This document shows, in pieces, positions 14,229-28,135 of a stretch of DNA of 64,000 nucleotides (the stretch's first letter is position 1; every line of letters starts with the position of its first letter). The DNA comes from Octopus bimaculoides (lineage: Eukaryota): NCBI RefSeq assembly GCF_001194135.2, contig NC_068984.1, positions 69,370,175-69,434,174 of the forward strand. The letters are read 5' to 3'. The notes beneath the pieces were generated by a model that saw only the letters and a list, made by a program, of their open reading frames with translations, had not been told where the DNA came from and searched no databases. The position numbers were made by a program, and so were the translations under genes.

Positions 14229-15288
14229 AATGATATCAGATATATTAAGAATCTATTTTGGATATAGGTCTGTTATTAATCTAGATACACCAGTATGGTG
14301 CAGAATCATTCATCAAAATTCACTTGTGGAAATATATTGTCATCATGTATCAAATGGAATTCACCAATCAAGAAATAAATATGAATATATATTAATTCAA
14401 GTGAAGAAGCAGAAGACATCACACTTTCACATGAATGATAACTTTTAAGAATCTAAAGTCACTTTTCTTTTTAGTTTGGCAATTTGAGATATAGAACCCT
14501 AACTTTGTAAGCCACCAGCGATGCAATATCAGGAGTACCCTAACTTCAAACAGAGAAAGGAAAAATCACTACCCGCAGGATAGACATGGCAACCTCCTCC
14601 CCGCAATAAGGAGTTACCAACGAAAGTTGTGTTCCAGCAAGCTACTAAACAATCATGCACAATAAACTCGTACCACACGCAATAATTACCAACGACGGCC
14701 CCTTTATAAACAATTCATTCAAAAGAGATGTCTCAATGTATTTATAAACAATACATTCAAAAGAGATATCTCAAGAATTCAATCACTACTACCATCCACA
14801 ACAAGTCACTTTCAGGGCACTTGACCATTTAACATCCTACTACTATCATGGCACTCCCACATTCTTCTTCTCCACTTCCTCCTCCTCCTTCTTCCCTACC
14901 AAGAATTCACAAGGAGCTCGAACCCACAAGATTAAACAAATTATTTTAGCCTTTTCTACCTTGACGTTTTNNNNNNNNNNNNNNNNNNNNNNNNNNNNNN
15001 NNNNNNNNNNNNNNNNNNNNNNNNNNNNNNNNNNNNNNNNNNNNNNNNNNNNNNNNNNNNNNNNNNNNNNNNNNNNNNNNNNNNNNNNNNNNNNNNNNNN
15101 NNNNNNNNNNNNNNNNNNNNNNNNNNNNNNNNNNNNNNNNNNNNNNNNNNNNNNNNNNNNNNNNNNNNNNNNNNNNNNNNNNNNNNNNNNNNNNNNNNNN
15201 NNNNNNNNNNNNNNNNNNNNNNNNNNNNNNNNNNNNNNNNNNNNNNNNNNNNNNNNNNNNNNNNNNNNNNNATTATCATTATTATTAT

Positions 15289-15326
<38 letters not shown>

Positions 15327-16347
15327 GCACACATACACACATACATACATATATATGTACACATATATATATATATATGCATGTATATATATATATAAAC
15401 AAGCAGAATTTAGTTATGGAGTAGCTTTTTCAATAACTTATAAAAATAAATTTATGAATACTTTTGATCCATGTCAAACTTCTTTAATTATAAAGTGTAT
15501 TTTGTTATTTTAAGAATTAGAATTTTAGCAAACAATTTATTTATGTCTACATTTACAAACTGCAGGTAACTGTATGATAAAACACATATGTAATTACTTT
15601 TACATTCATGTTTCCATGGGGGAGAGATGGCTTGTTATGTATCAAATCAGTTTTTATTTGGAGTCGGTGGGCCAAGAACTATGTTTGCTCCTACATTAGA
15701 TGCTGGACATACTTTGCAATGACTGGATGCATTTACTATCACTCAGCACTTACAAAGGAACAAAATGCGTTTTGTCATGTTTCCCACACTATAGTGATTG
15801 TTATATCTATGGCAACACTGAAGAACGTTTCTCAACAACTTAACAGAGTGTACTGAGTCCATTTTATGGTGGCATCAGAGCAAGAGTGGCTACCTTACAT
15901 CCAGCAAGTGTACTCATTCCCTTTCTTTGCTTTTGTAAAGCTGTTCATCAGTATTCGAGAGTTATTTAGTTCCCAAAAACCAGAAGAAAAAGTAATGAAG
16001 GAGGAGCAATGCAAAAGTATGATAGATGAAATCATAAAAATAAGTAATTACAAGAATAACAAGAAGAAAGTGATTGAGTGGGGACTAAAATAGATAGAGA
16101 GTGGGGTCTGTGTAATGTTCTTTTATGCACCATTACATTTTATACTTGAGCATTATACAATCTTTTTTATTCTGCTGAGGTAACAGCTCTCTCAAATACT
16201 TCCATCTTGTTCCTATTCTGGCAAATATATTTTCAGAAAACACATTTTCACTGAGACAAACACACACAAACAAATGTTTATATACATACATACATATACA
16301 CAGACATACATACATATGAATATATACATGTGTGTATATATATATAT

Positions 16348-16573
16348 AAAAGACACCATTTCGAGCGTGGCCGTTTTCGTGCGGGTGACACGTAAAAGCA
16401 CCCACTACACTCTCTGAATGGTTGGCGTTAGGAAGGGCATCCAGCTGTAGAAACTCTGCCAAATTGGATTGGCGCCTGGTGTTGCCATCCGGTTTACCAG
16501 TCCTCAGTCAAATCGTCCAACCCATGCTAGCATGGAAAGCAGATGTTAAACGACGACGATGATGATGATGATG
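16348..16573 (+). mobile_element. RTE 3'-tail element (short 5'-truncated copy or RTE-tailed SINE)
   Basis: ..GGAAGGGCATCCAGCTGTAGAAACTCTGCC..CCAACCCATGCTAGCATGGAAAGC..TTAAAC(GAC/GAT)n; near-identical to 56958-57164. Confidence 0.88.
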
Positions 16574-16580
16574 TATATAA

Positions 16581-16626
<46 letters not shown>

Positions 16627-17737
16627 GTATGTGTGCTTGTATGCATGCATGTATCTATGTATCTATGTATCTATGTGTATATGTATGCATGTATATGTAA
16701 GAGAGTGAGAGAGATTACAGTATGCGTTAATTAGCAGATGATTATCTATAATACCTAATTTGAGAAGACATAGCAACTAGTTAATATTGATAGTTTCCAC
16801 AGAGGTTAATACTGATTGGAAAAATTATCAATCATGATGACTCGAACAAAACTGATTAATTATTTTTTAACCTGTGAAAATCATTTAATTGACAGGAATA
16901 TTACTGAGAAAAGCAAAACTGTTCAAATGCATTTTTCTTAGTACTTACTGTTTGTTTTTACTCAGCAGTCCCAGATCAGCTCTGCCTAAACAGATTTATA
17001 ATCAAAAGTGTTCCACCTTAATCATCCCATCTTTTTGTAGCCTATATGCAGGACTATGTTAACCAAGTTTAGTAAGTATAAATTTTGCATGAAATTTTTT
17101 TTTTCCCCCGTTCTTAGCATAAAATATAAAGGTTGCAGCTTTGCAGAACAGAGAACCATTTGTAAATGACCTAAAATCAATTCCCATAACACAGACATAT
17201 AATACTAAGAAACAATTAGATTTGTTCACAACATTCTCACATGAGGTAATAATGTGTTGTCATCTAACCATTTATTATCAACTAACATCACAGTTTCCTC
17301 AAGAACTAGGTGGCTGCTAAGTTTTAAATAATGAAGGCATGAATAAAAGAATCAGAATTTTGTAAGAGTGTATATTCCTGGTGTAACAATAATACATCTT
17401 CACACTGTTTCTAACAAATACACATTGTAAGTACTGTTCCAAAGTATAGTATACTATTACTGAAACTTGTGACATTTCTATTATAAAGCTATATACAAGT
17501 TAGTCTTATAAATATTCAACATAATAGCTTTCACTTTCCATGCTACAGTGTTACACTAGTGGAATTTAAATAGGTTATCTTGGGTAATAAATTATATGTA
17601 AATCTTAAATTTGCTTGCTTTTTCACATAAATTTTAATTTCAAAGAAAAAGTATTCTAAAGTTACCTACATTACATAGGTAATGGTTTCTGAATTCGAAA
17701 CAGGGTCACATTTGATATTTTAATATTATACTGTTGT

Positions 17738-17928
17738 GAGGTGGTGAGCTGGCTGAATCATGACAGTGCTATGCAAAATGCTTAGCAGCATTTCATTCAT
17801 CTTTATATTCTAATTTCAAATTCATCATTTTGGGGATGATAAAATTCATACAAATTGAACACTGGAGTCAATGTAATCAACTTATCCCCTTTCCTAAAGT
17901 TCCTGGCCTTTATGCCATAATTTGAAAC
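17738..17928 (+). mobile_element. SINE, same family as 13591-14228
   Basis: GGTGGTGAGCTGGCTGAATC..AATGCTTAGCAGCATTTC..TTTGAAAC. Other copies near 5480, 6300-6590, 31673, 35536, 42520 and 50990. Confidence 0.75.
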
Positions 17929-18344
17929 ATATATCAACTTTCTGTTATTTGCCTTCACATCAACTCTGATAGAGTAGACTTAAAATGAAAGGCATTCCAG
18001 GTGTGACCATTATGTCTTTTCCCAAGGTACATTGCAAAGCTATATTATCCAGTGTGTCTTTTTTAAGGTTCAGTTATTTTCTTGTAAGAGTGGTGGCATT
18101 CTAGTCAATTGAATTAATACCTGCATCTATAATGTAATCAACATCATTTTATAAAGTGGCTTTTTATGCATGCTTGGATTAGCAGGTCATTCTGAAAGTA
18201 GCACTCAATAATTTCTCTAACCCTCTCAGACATGGCTCCTGTGTCTAACTTACCCTCCACCTGGGTTCCTGAGAAGAAAAAAAAAATAATAATAATAATT
18301 ACATATACTTCTCAAAGGTAGCGATTGTAGGCAAGCTAATGAAC

Positions 18345-18560
18345 ATAATGGTAAAACAATTCAAGAGAATAACAATAATAAACATTTCTCTCAACTACCA
18401 TATTTACTGGGCAAACTAAAGAACAGAATCACAAAATTTCAGGAGGATAACAATAATAGGCCTCTCTCTCAACTACTATATGTTAGGCAAACTAAGGAGC
18501 AGAATCACAAAAATATTCAGGAGAATAACGATAATAGGCCCATCTCTTAACTACTATATT
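18345..18560 (+). repeat. 78-bp minisatellite, about 2.7 units
   Basis: TCA(A/G)GAG starts at 18361, 18439 and 18517. Confidence 0.85.
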
Positions 18561-18949
18561 TGATCACCCATATCGCTACTTTTCTTATCACTTTCACTCA
18601 TTTGATTGTCCAAATCACTTTCATTGCTAGAGTAAGTGTAAACTTTTCTTCTGAAGAATAAACATTGCCATTAATTTCCTCAAATGCAAAGAGTCTAGGC
18701 CTTGCTCATTTATAAGACGAGGTGCTGGGTTCATGACATGCTTGTTTCATCACAAAATTCTTTTGTTTTCAATTAAAAACAAAAGTATACAGCATTTATG
18801 GGGAACACCATTAATAACGAGTCATAAACACACTTCACTACAAAGCTGCATTGCAATCAGTTGTCTAATTTCATTATTTTATATTCATTTTCTACATGTG
18901 TTGTTCATTACCACTTTAGCAGAAATCCAGTAGCGATGACATTTAAGCT

Positions 18950-20450
18950 ATTTCCACTATAATGTGAACACCGCATGATGGTTAAAATGCCTAGTTATCT
19001 CTTTCAGATTCTAGAGATCAGTCTTTACCAATTTTTCCAACATCTTCCATCTTTCTTTTTTTGCTGGCTCTTGTTATTTCAGTTGCTTGACTCAGCTATT
19101 ATCCTTCATATATAACCTGTGCCTCTACCAGAAATTTTCTTGCTGGCCCATAGCAGATTACTTTGATATCTATTTTCTCCTTAATTTCAACTGTGCTTCA
19201 TTATTCATAACTAATAAAAATAGACATTCAGAGAAAGATGTGTACCACATTTAATTCCAGTCTTGATATATTCATTACATTCAATGTCTGTGTTTCATTA
19301 ACAAGGAATATTGCACCTCTTATACAAGCATCACACTGTTTGACCTTATCTTAAAAAGAGAAACCCTTTGATGCTAACAGAGGTACTAGCTCCTAGAAAC
19401 TTTTCTACCTAGACTTTAGTTTTACACTAACTGACAAACACACAGACACACATATGAGAGGTGTACAGTTTGGATTAGTTGGGGTGTTAAGGTCTGTGTC
19501 AGCTCATAGTCAGAGATACTACCCTTCTAGGCATGGTCAAGGACCATGTCTTATATATAGATGTTAGTTTGGCATGATTTCTACATTTAGATATTTTTCC
19601 TAACTCCAGCTATTTTCCAGAATGTACTGGATGTGTTTTAGAGAGTTACCAGTTCATGTCCTTCACAAGGCAAGACTAAAGGTTTCTTGTAACTCAATAA
19701 TGTTTGCTCTACCCTACAATGTCAAAGATCTTCACTAGGTTTGTTGAATGTTATGTGTCGTGGTTTACTACAGTTGTTTCACTAGGAATATGGCACCATT
19801 GGTTTGTCTTTTTGGTATAGTCTAACATTTCATCCAGGCTAATTCTGCTCCTAAGCAATTTTGTATTAACTCTTTCAATTATTTTCTCAACAATCTTATG
19901 TCTTTGTAGTTACCTCTTTCTCGTGCACTTTCTTTGTCCTTGTAGTAGTTTACAATGACATTTCTACATTAGTCATTCGATATGATGCATGACTGAATAT
20001 TTGAATAGTTAGCCCATACCATACATTTCATCTCAGCAACTATGAACCAGCTGCCTTTATGATTCTAACTATAGTATATTTCTACCTGTACATCACCTTA
20101 TATCTAGTTGGGATCTTGCACCAGACACATCTAATCAGTAGCCTTCAGTATATTAAGTCACAAAATTCTTGTTTTTCTCTATGTTATAAATCTTTATCCT
20201 TTCTTTCCTTCTAACATAAGCATCTATTAAAACTTCCACGAATCTGAAGTCAGACAAGATTCTTTCAGCATCTATATTTTCCTTCTCATACATCAAGCTC
20301 CAACTCTGAAGTCTTTAATCACTAATCTAAGTTGGAGAGTACATTTTCCTAGACTTGTTGATACAATTTTTCACCAGCCATACAGCCAACTGAATATTTA
20401 CAACGATCTGCCTACTTTCTTTCCTCGTAGGAATAAAGTCAATTTGGATT
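18950..20450 (-). mobile_element. Old RTE-clade LINE relic (RT and C-terminus)
   Basis: IVNYYKDKESARERGNYKDIRLL, ERVNTKLLRSRISLDEM, GAIFLVKQL (~19.6-20.1 kb) and ..LEKLVKTDL (~19.0 kb); heavily decayed. Confidence 0.7.
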
Positions 20451-20845
20451 GTGTGATCAATGGATTTGTCTGGCTTCTACATTTACCTAAATGGTAGGTG
20501 ATTAGATGGCTGGCTGGCTGGTTGATTTCCAGAAATTCCACTTGCAGATAATTAGGTCATTTACATCACAGAACTCCAGAGGTTTGATCTCACAATTCCC
20601 ATATCGTACCCACCAGAAAAGCTATTACGTTGCTGAACAATATGTCCAGTAAATTTGCCTGCTTCATAATAAGATTACCTTCTTTTCTTGTTGAGGTGGT
20701 CTACTGGCAAGCCATATAAAAGCAGTTCTGTTGTCCACCTGCCAACCTTCTGTGGTGCTTTGTGCAAATATAAATGTTTGCTTTTATTTTGTCTATGGCT
20801 AACCTAAGCTTATTTATTTTATCACATACTCTGACTACCTCAGTT

Positions 20846-21845
20846 CAAATAGGAACAACTCATGACCACCAACTCAACACTGCCAACTCAACGCCAGAAT
20901 AATTCCACACCAAGACATCTCAACACCAGGAAAATTGATTAATAAATAATTTATTCATTTAATAACATTATCAGAAATTTATAAACATATTAATCTTAAT
21001 ACATGGCTTGAAAAAAAAATGCAGAACTTTTAAAATTCAAAACATTATCAGAAATTTATAAATAAAAAGATTAATCTTAATACTTGGCTTGAATAAAAAA
21101 AAAGGCAGAAATTTTAAAATTCAAATAAAATAATTTATAAAGGATATAATTATATATGTGTGTATGTGTGTGTGTGAGCGCATTCCAGAACAATGGCATG
21201 TTTGCTTCATGATCAGTCTAAGCTTCTTCAATTTGGCAGTTTGTCACAATAATTTATTGGCCATAACAGCCGATGTAGCTGGTGTCAAAGGTATTTAGAT
21301 TGTTCTAAACCATTCAAAGAAGGAATACCAAGAATTCATATTTTTCAACCAATGTTAGCAGTCACAGCTCTTGAGATAGACATTAAGGTGTAGAAATTTT
21401 GAAAGTTGGATTCATGAATATATATTCAAATTTTTCATCACGCCCAAAATGGAAATTCTTTGCCAAAGAGGAAAAGAAAATATTGCACACAAATTATATG
21501 AAGGCAGATGATAGAACTCAGCATATTGTTTCATCTTTTTCAGAACGATCTCCCACAGAATATTTGAAGGGAATTGCATACAACTTTCAATAAATTCCTC
21601 ATTTAAATTTTAGCCTTGTATTAAAAATGTAAGGTTTCTCAATTACTTTTATTTGAATTTTAAAATTTATGTCATGTATTAAATTAATCCTTTATAAATG
21701 CCTGATAATGTTATAAAACGAATAAAGTTATAAAACAAATAAATTATTTATTAATCTATGTTCCTGGTATTGAGTTGTCTGGGTATTGAGTTGGCAGTGT
21801 TGAGTCAGCATTGTTAAGTTGGCAGTGTTGCGTTGTCCTGCACCC
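20846..21845 (+). mobile_element. Mutator-like (MULE) deletion derivative with long TIRs, 9-bp TSD and transposase C-terminal relic
   Basis: ACCTCAGTT at 20837-20845 and 21846-21854. Ends are inverted repeats containing reiterated CCAACTCAACACT units. ORF 21399-21593 ends ...SFSERSPTEYLKGIAYNFQ, resembling the MULE transposase C-terminal EYLRGIAHN motif. Confidence 0.8.
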
Positions 21846-22292
21846 ACCTCAGTTACCTTATCAATCCATTTTTCTGCTAATAATATGCCAAGTCTACCTA
21901 ATTTAACAATATTAACTACCCAAGAGAATTTATTCTTTTGTTATTTGGCTATGAAAAGATCATCTTAATCCTTAAACAAAGCAAATCCTCATACCTACAT
22001 CCCAGCAATTCCAGTCTTTCTTGACAGACTCTTTTCAGCAAGTAAACCTAAATTCTATACCTTAATATAAAGATGATGGTTTAATGGTGGTGACAGTGAG
22101 ATAGAGGGGAATTTGACTTGTTTTTTTTTTCTCTTACTTCTTCCCAACTTCTGTATATGCATACACACATACATATACACTCACACACACACACACACAC
22201 ACTTACACACATGCATGCAGTACAAATATGCATGAAATATATATATAAGTATGTAATGCATGTATGTGTTATGTGCACACATAGACACACAT

Positions 22293-22457
22293 ATCATCAT
22301 CATCATCGTTTAACGTCTGTTTTCTATGCTAGCATGGGTTGGACGATTTGACTGAGGACAGGCGAACCAGATGGCTGCACCAGGCTCCAATCTGATCTGG
22401 CAGAGTTTCTACAGCTGGATGCCCTTCCTAATGCCAACCACTCCGAGAGTGTAGTGT
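22293..22457 (-). mobile_element. RTE 3'-tail element
   Basis: (CAT)n-CGTTTAACGTCTG..GCTAGCATGGGTTGGACG..GGATGCCCTTCCTAATGCCAACC; same family as 16348. Confidence 0.88.
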
Positions 22458-22589
22458 GACACACACACACACACATATATATATACTTGCATATAGTTGT
22501 CTAAAAAAATGTAATCATATAATGATTAAGAGTGGGTGTATTATCATTAATAAAATACAATATCATAATCTCAAAACAGCCAATTATGA

Positions 22590-22830
22590 AGGTATCTGAC
22601 ATAGTGTTTAGAGTGTTGAACTCAGAATCACAAGATCATGGTTTTGATTTCTGGACAAGGTGGAGCAGTGTATTCTTGAATAAAATACTTCATTTCCTGT
22701 TGTTCAAATCTGCTCAGCTCTACATGAGTAATCCTGTAAGCAAGTAGCATCTGCTTAGGGGAGAATATTGTGATCTTTGTCACTTATATTCCTTGGAAAG
22801 GGGATAACCAAGCCTATGAATTGTAGGTTT
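22590..22830 (+). mobile_element. tRNA-derived SINE, degenerate
   Basis: Colinear with 32583-32800 (GTGTTGAACTCAGAATCACAAGATCATGGTTTTGATTTC..TTCTTGAATAAAATACTTCATTTC). Confidence 0.65.
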
Positions 22831-23979
22831 GAAGACAGTTTATAACAACCAATTTACCAATAAATTTCATAGCAGGACTTGAAAAACGCCTTGCATACAA
22901 CAGTAAAGGTTGAAAGGAATTGTATAGTACCAGGTTCTTTAGCACTGAAATTCTGAAAGCATCACAGATGGATTGCAGGTTTTATGGCTGTAGTAAAAAA
23001 AAAAAAAAAAAAAGAAGTTAGGTCAAAACCGATGGAAATAAAATACATTTAGTTCATTAGAGTTTATGCCTCTTGGAATGATACCAAAAATGACTACCAT
23101 GGTATAGAGTGAGAGTGGAGTGGTACAGATGCTGGGGTGGGGAGTGAGGAGAGAGTTTAGTAGGTGAAGGTAATTTTAAATCATGAGTCCATGTATATCT
23201 GTATATGTGTTAATATATATCACAACTGATATAGCAGGTCTTATATTAATTCCTTAGATTGCAGTGAGAGGAAAAAGCTAGCAGAGGGGGCAATGCTTAT
23301 GTTCATGGTGTAGCTAGCAATATAAACATTTTCACTCATGCAGATCACAACAAAGATGCTTATTTATACACGTCAGGTAAGTGCCCAGGTGGAGCGAGTT
23401 CTTTGGTATGATCCTTTTCTCAACCAAGCAGAACTTGCACCTCCCACTGCTCTAAAGTTTATACTTTTCCTGTATCTTCCACATGATATTGTAATGTATA
23501 GCATTTTTCTTTAAGGTTCAATTATACCTTACTAGGGACGTGATATTTTGCTTCTTTTGGATATTAAAGATAGACTTGTGGTGTTGAATGTGGTCCTGAA
23601 GTAACTTACTCTTTTTTTGTTCTTCCATTTATGGGACATATATTATAAATGTGAGAATAAAATGAGTAAGTCAAAAGCAAGTTAGAAAGGTAGTTCAGAA
23701 AGAGGGTGTGAAATTAAATTGTATAAAAAAACAAACATTTACTGAATCATTGAACATAAGATACAATAGCATAAAGGTGTAAAGGAGAAAACTTACAGAT
23801 ATTTGTAAAGAGTAAAAAGTGAGTGAATATGTATGTATCAGATTGAATGAGAAAAGAGATAAAGAAGAGGTGAAAGGAGGAAGTAGGTAACTATTAAAGT
23901 GTAGAAGAAGGAAAAGGGGGAGAAAGTCAATAATATAAGGAAATGGAAGGAATATGAAGAGAAAAGATATGAATATATA

Positions 23980-24054
<75 letters not shown>

Positions 24055-24389
24055 ATACACACACACACACACGCATGCAGGCAGTACAGTGAAAACAGCT
24101 GATCAGTACTTAACTGAAATAAATTGATATGGCACAGAAGATTCAATAGACAAAAACAGATTTGAATTTTTACGAATTATGAGAAAAGAGATGTCAGTTT
24201 ATCAATAGTTTGCAGTTCACATTTGAAATACCTTTGAACAAAATAATCTAATAGAGAGCCTTTGACACAAAAAGATAGCTTAGGAAGAAGAGCTATAAAT
24301 ATTCATAGGATATTTACATTACTTGAAGGACCTTCAAAAAAATTATTGAAGAATTTCAAAGAAATTCCATTTATCACAGTGCAATATAT

Positions 24390-24830
24390 TCAGTCTGTAG
24401 GCAAAATAAATTTCATAGAATGAACTTGTTTTGGGGAGCACATTTCAGCACGAGGTCATTCTAAGAATTTGACAAGTTGAGCTGAGACATCTACATGAAA
24501 TATTTTTATCAGATACACAAACAGTATAAGAGAACTAACTGAATGTGTTTGGACAATTTCAATCACTGACTACACTATTTTATGTTGTCTGTTTAAGTTT
24601 CCTGATATGCTAACATAAGAGGTAGTGAATATTTTCTCTGGGTGCTTAAAATAATATATATGTTGTGCGTACCTGCTCTTAACTTTCCATTCAGCCAGTC
24701 CTAAATAAGTTTGTTCACTGTAGCTTACCAACTTCACTTTAGTACTATATATCAATTCCCAGTGAAGGGATTTTGCCATCCGTTGCCTTGACATTGATTA
24801 CTTGATGGAAAGCTTTAACTGTATTTACTT
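24390..24830 (-). mobile_element. Second Penelope-like element relic (GIY-YIG domain only)
   Basis: ORF 24570-24794 ELIYSTKVKL..EQTYLGLAEWKVKSRYAQHIYYFKHPEK fits xIY..TYxGLxE..KxRYxxH..FxH. Downstream LNLSNS*NDLVLKCAPQNKFI resembles the LN.R.EL..KC.H.NKF C-terminus. Confidence 0.72.
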
Positions 24831-25289
24831 CTTATTCTTTCCTTTCCTCTTGTTCCATGTGTAACTTTTTTATTGATTTAGTTTTATTTTCTCTCTAACC
24901 ATAATGCTTAGACCATACATCAATCATTCTAAATATTTTCAATATTCAGTTTATATTGCAAGCCTTTAAGTCTAAGAATTTCATTTGTCATAAGCTTCAT
25001 TTTGACCAAATATATATTATCAATATGATCTTGTAAATTGTAATAAAATAGGTGCCAAAAAGTAATAATACAAACTCTGAGTAATGACTTTGTAGAATCT
25101 TAGATTTAATTTTGGTTATTTTATATACTTTTATGAGTTCATCTGTGCTAGTTACACTTTTATAATGATTACAACTGCTTAGGACTGAAGTATTTTCTAA
25201 AGAGACAAGTGATGCTTATGCAAGTAGGTCATTAACAAAAGGAACCAAGTTTAAGAGTGTATACTGCTGTTTACAGAATATAGGTAAGA

Positions 25290-26060
25290 AGGAGTATTTG
25301 CAGTTCCTTTCCAGAGGAATTGTCTGAATGAAAATTTAAACCTAAGTGATGAGAGAGAGCTGAAGTCAATATATGAGGTACAGAGCTGGGAGATTCTCTT
25401 GCTTGATACTCTTGGTGGATTTCTTAGTTTTTGGATAACAGCATGGTTTTACCAACGTCCTTGAGGCTAAGCAACCATTTACATATGAGATATGAGAATC
25501 AGTGAGATGCTGCCTTCTGAAATTTAACACAGTTTTGTATGTACCCTAGGATTAACATAGTTCACTGTAGAGAGAGAAATACTGTAGAATTTGGAGAAGT
25601 TTGAAGTTAGCTTTTGAGAGTAATGTTTGAAAGTAATAGATTAGCTAAGAGTAAAGTACAAGTGAATTTTGGAATTACTTGGTGATGTGTGGATGATGGA
25701 ATAAGTTTTGCTGTTGGATGCCCCAGAGATGTCAGAAATGAAATACATTTCCTGAGTAGAGTGCAATCAGCACTAATTAGCTGGCTTGAAGTATTAGAGC
25801 ATTACTAGGTCATAGACTGACATGCTGTAGGGAAAAGAAGAAAAGTTTTGTAGGTTGCCTTGGTTATGAGCTGATTAGACAAGCCAATAAAAGTAGAGAC
25901 AGTGATGGTTTTGTGAATGCTAGATTTCAAAATGCAAAGAATATTAAGTATATTGTCAGAGTTAGTGTTTTCATCAGGAATACAGGTAGGTGATGAACTT
26001 TCAGAATGGGAAACTGAGTTATAAGTAGCAATGTGAGAGGAATGTGAGAGGTTGTGTAGT
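25290..26060 (-). mobile_element. Highly degenerate CR1/Jockey-group LINE relic
   Basis: Weak matches RTLVKPCCY (cf. GLIRPCLEY), PHITK and PRVSSKRI..SLSSLR in colinear order. Confidence 0.45.
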
Positions 26061-27257
26061 TAAGAAGTTCATTCACAACCATATGGCTACTGCACAGTAT
26101 CTTAGATATATGTAGTTTACTAGTTTTAGGTTAATCAGCACAATATGAGTAAAATTTTAACAATAACTTGTGAGTATTACAGTGAGTCTTAGATACATAT
26201 GATATATTTTATTCCAAAGTGAAGTGAATTGCTTGCTAAATAATCTCTTGGCGAGAGTATATAAATTAATTTAATTTATAAATTTAGGAAATTAAATATC
26301 ATCTAGATAACCAATGGTAGCTAAGATGAGGAAACTTTTATGTGGTCATTTAACTTGTTAGAATAAAATGGACAAATCTTCTAACTCCACCCTAATATTT
26401 TCAAAAGCAAATAACATATTGCATATTGTCATCTTGTATGCACACTGCATAGAAAACTGCATGATCACAGCATGAATGTACTCAATCATGTATTCAATAA
26501 GTGCTGATCTTGGGTTAAACAACAACAACAACAATGACAATAGCAGAGAAAGCTCTTAAAACATTCCAAACAAGCTTGACCTGTCCTTTGTTTTTATTGT
26601 TGTGGATATTGAGAAGATTCTTCTACACAATCTAACCAATAACATGAATAACCTCATTCTTGATGTTTAACAGTTGATAGAATGGAAATAATTTCCCATC
26701 CATTGATTGTTAGACTTGGTCTTCAATATGTAAAAGTCTTATAATCTGACCATAATTTACAGTCTGTTGTACTTTTATACAACAGACAGAATTCATAATC
26801 TTCACATAGTTTCTTCATTTCCCCACTCATGTATAGTCATCATTTGAGACAGGTTTTCAATACTTCGTTTATTTCATTCTTTGAAGTAGTTTGATGTGTT
26901 TAACAATAAGTTTGATCTTATGCATTTCCTTACGCTCAGCACCTTGCATAAATAAAAGAGATCTAAGTAGAATTATAGATACGTGTGAATAGTGACATAA
27001 ACACATTTACATACTTATAGATAGATCAAAAGAAACTGGTAAGTAGGAATAGGTGAATGTATGTAGATGTGTGTCAAAACATATGCATTAGAATCAGGAA
27101 GAGATGGGAAGAAGATATGGTTGAAAAAGATATGTTGTAAGAAGTGGTCTGCTCCACATATGATCGTATAACTTTAATGTATAACTTAATCATATAACTT
27201 TACAATATAAAAGTTACTCATCTTTTCCATGATTACTTCATCTTCCTTTCTCTTTCT

Positions 27258-27304
<47 letters not shown>

Positions 27305-27507
27305 TTTCTTCCTCTCTTCACATGAAAATGAGAACAAGAGACAGTAAGAAAATGATCATCGATGGAAAGATACTGGTTAATACATATATCTATCCACAAA
27401 AATGTTAATAAAATAACTAATAACTCCATAAACCAACATGTTTAAATAGATCAGCAGACAGATATGAACAAATGAAAAGAGAATCAAAACAAAGTGAAAT
27501 TATACAT

Positions 27508-27575
<68 letters not shown>

Positions 27576-28078
27576 ATATGTATGTATATGTATGTATAAG
27601 GGGATGGTGAACATATATATATATTCATATTAATATGTAGTCACATTCGTTTTAATTGTGACTGATTTTCTTTTAAATAATTTCCTTGTTAACAAATCCA
27701 ATATATTTTCTCTATGTATTACATTTCTGTCAGGTGACATTAAGAATTAAATACATCTGTTTGTTCTGCTCTGCACAAAGAAATATTGCAATTGTCTGAA
27801 TAATCAATTCAGCTTTTTGTTTCTTTATGTAAACTTTGAATGAATTAAAAACAAGATTGCAGTAAATATTTTTAACGTAAGCTATTTTAAATATGCAATA
27901 AATCCTATTGCTAGGTCAATGGATATTTAGTAAATTAATTATATATATCTAAATCTATCTATCTATATCTATATATACATATATGCAGACATATAGGAAT
28001 GCATACATATATACATACACACACGAAGCGACATATATATACATATAAGCATATGTACAAATACACACACACACACAC

Positions 28079-28135
<57 letters not shown>

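Noticed and set aside
15600-16100. Short ORFs, possible RTE RT relic
   Set aside because: Only a faint GV..FAPTL match; too degraded to call.
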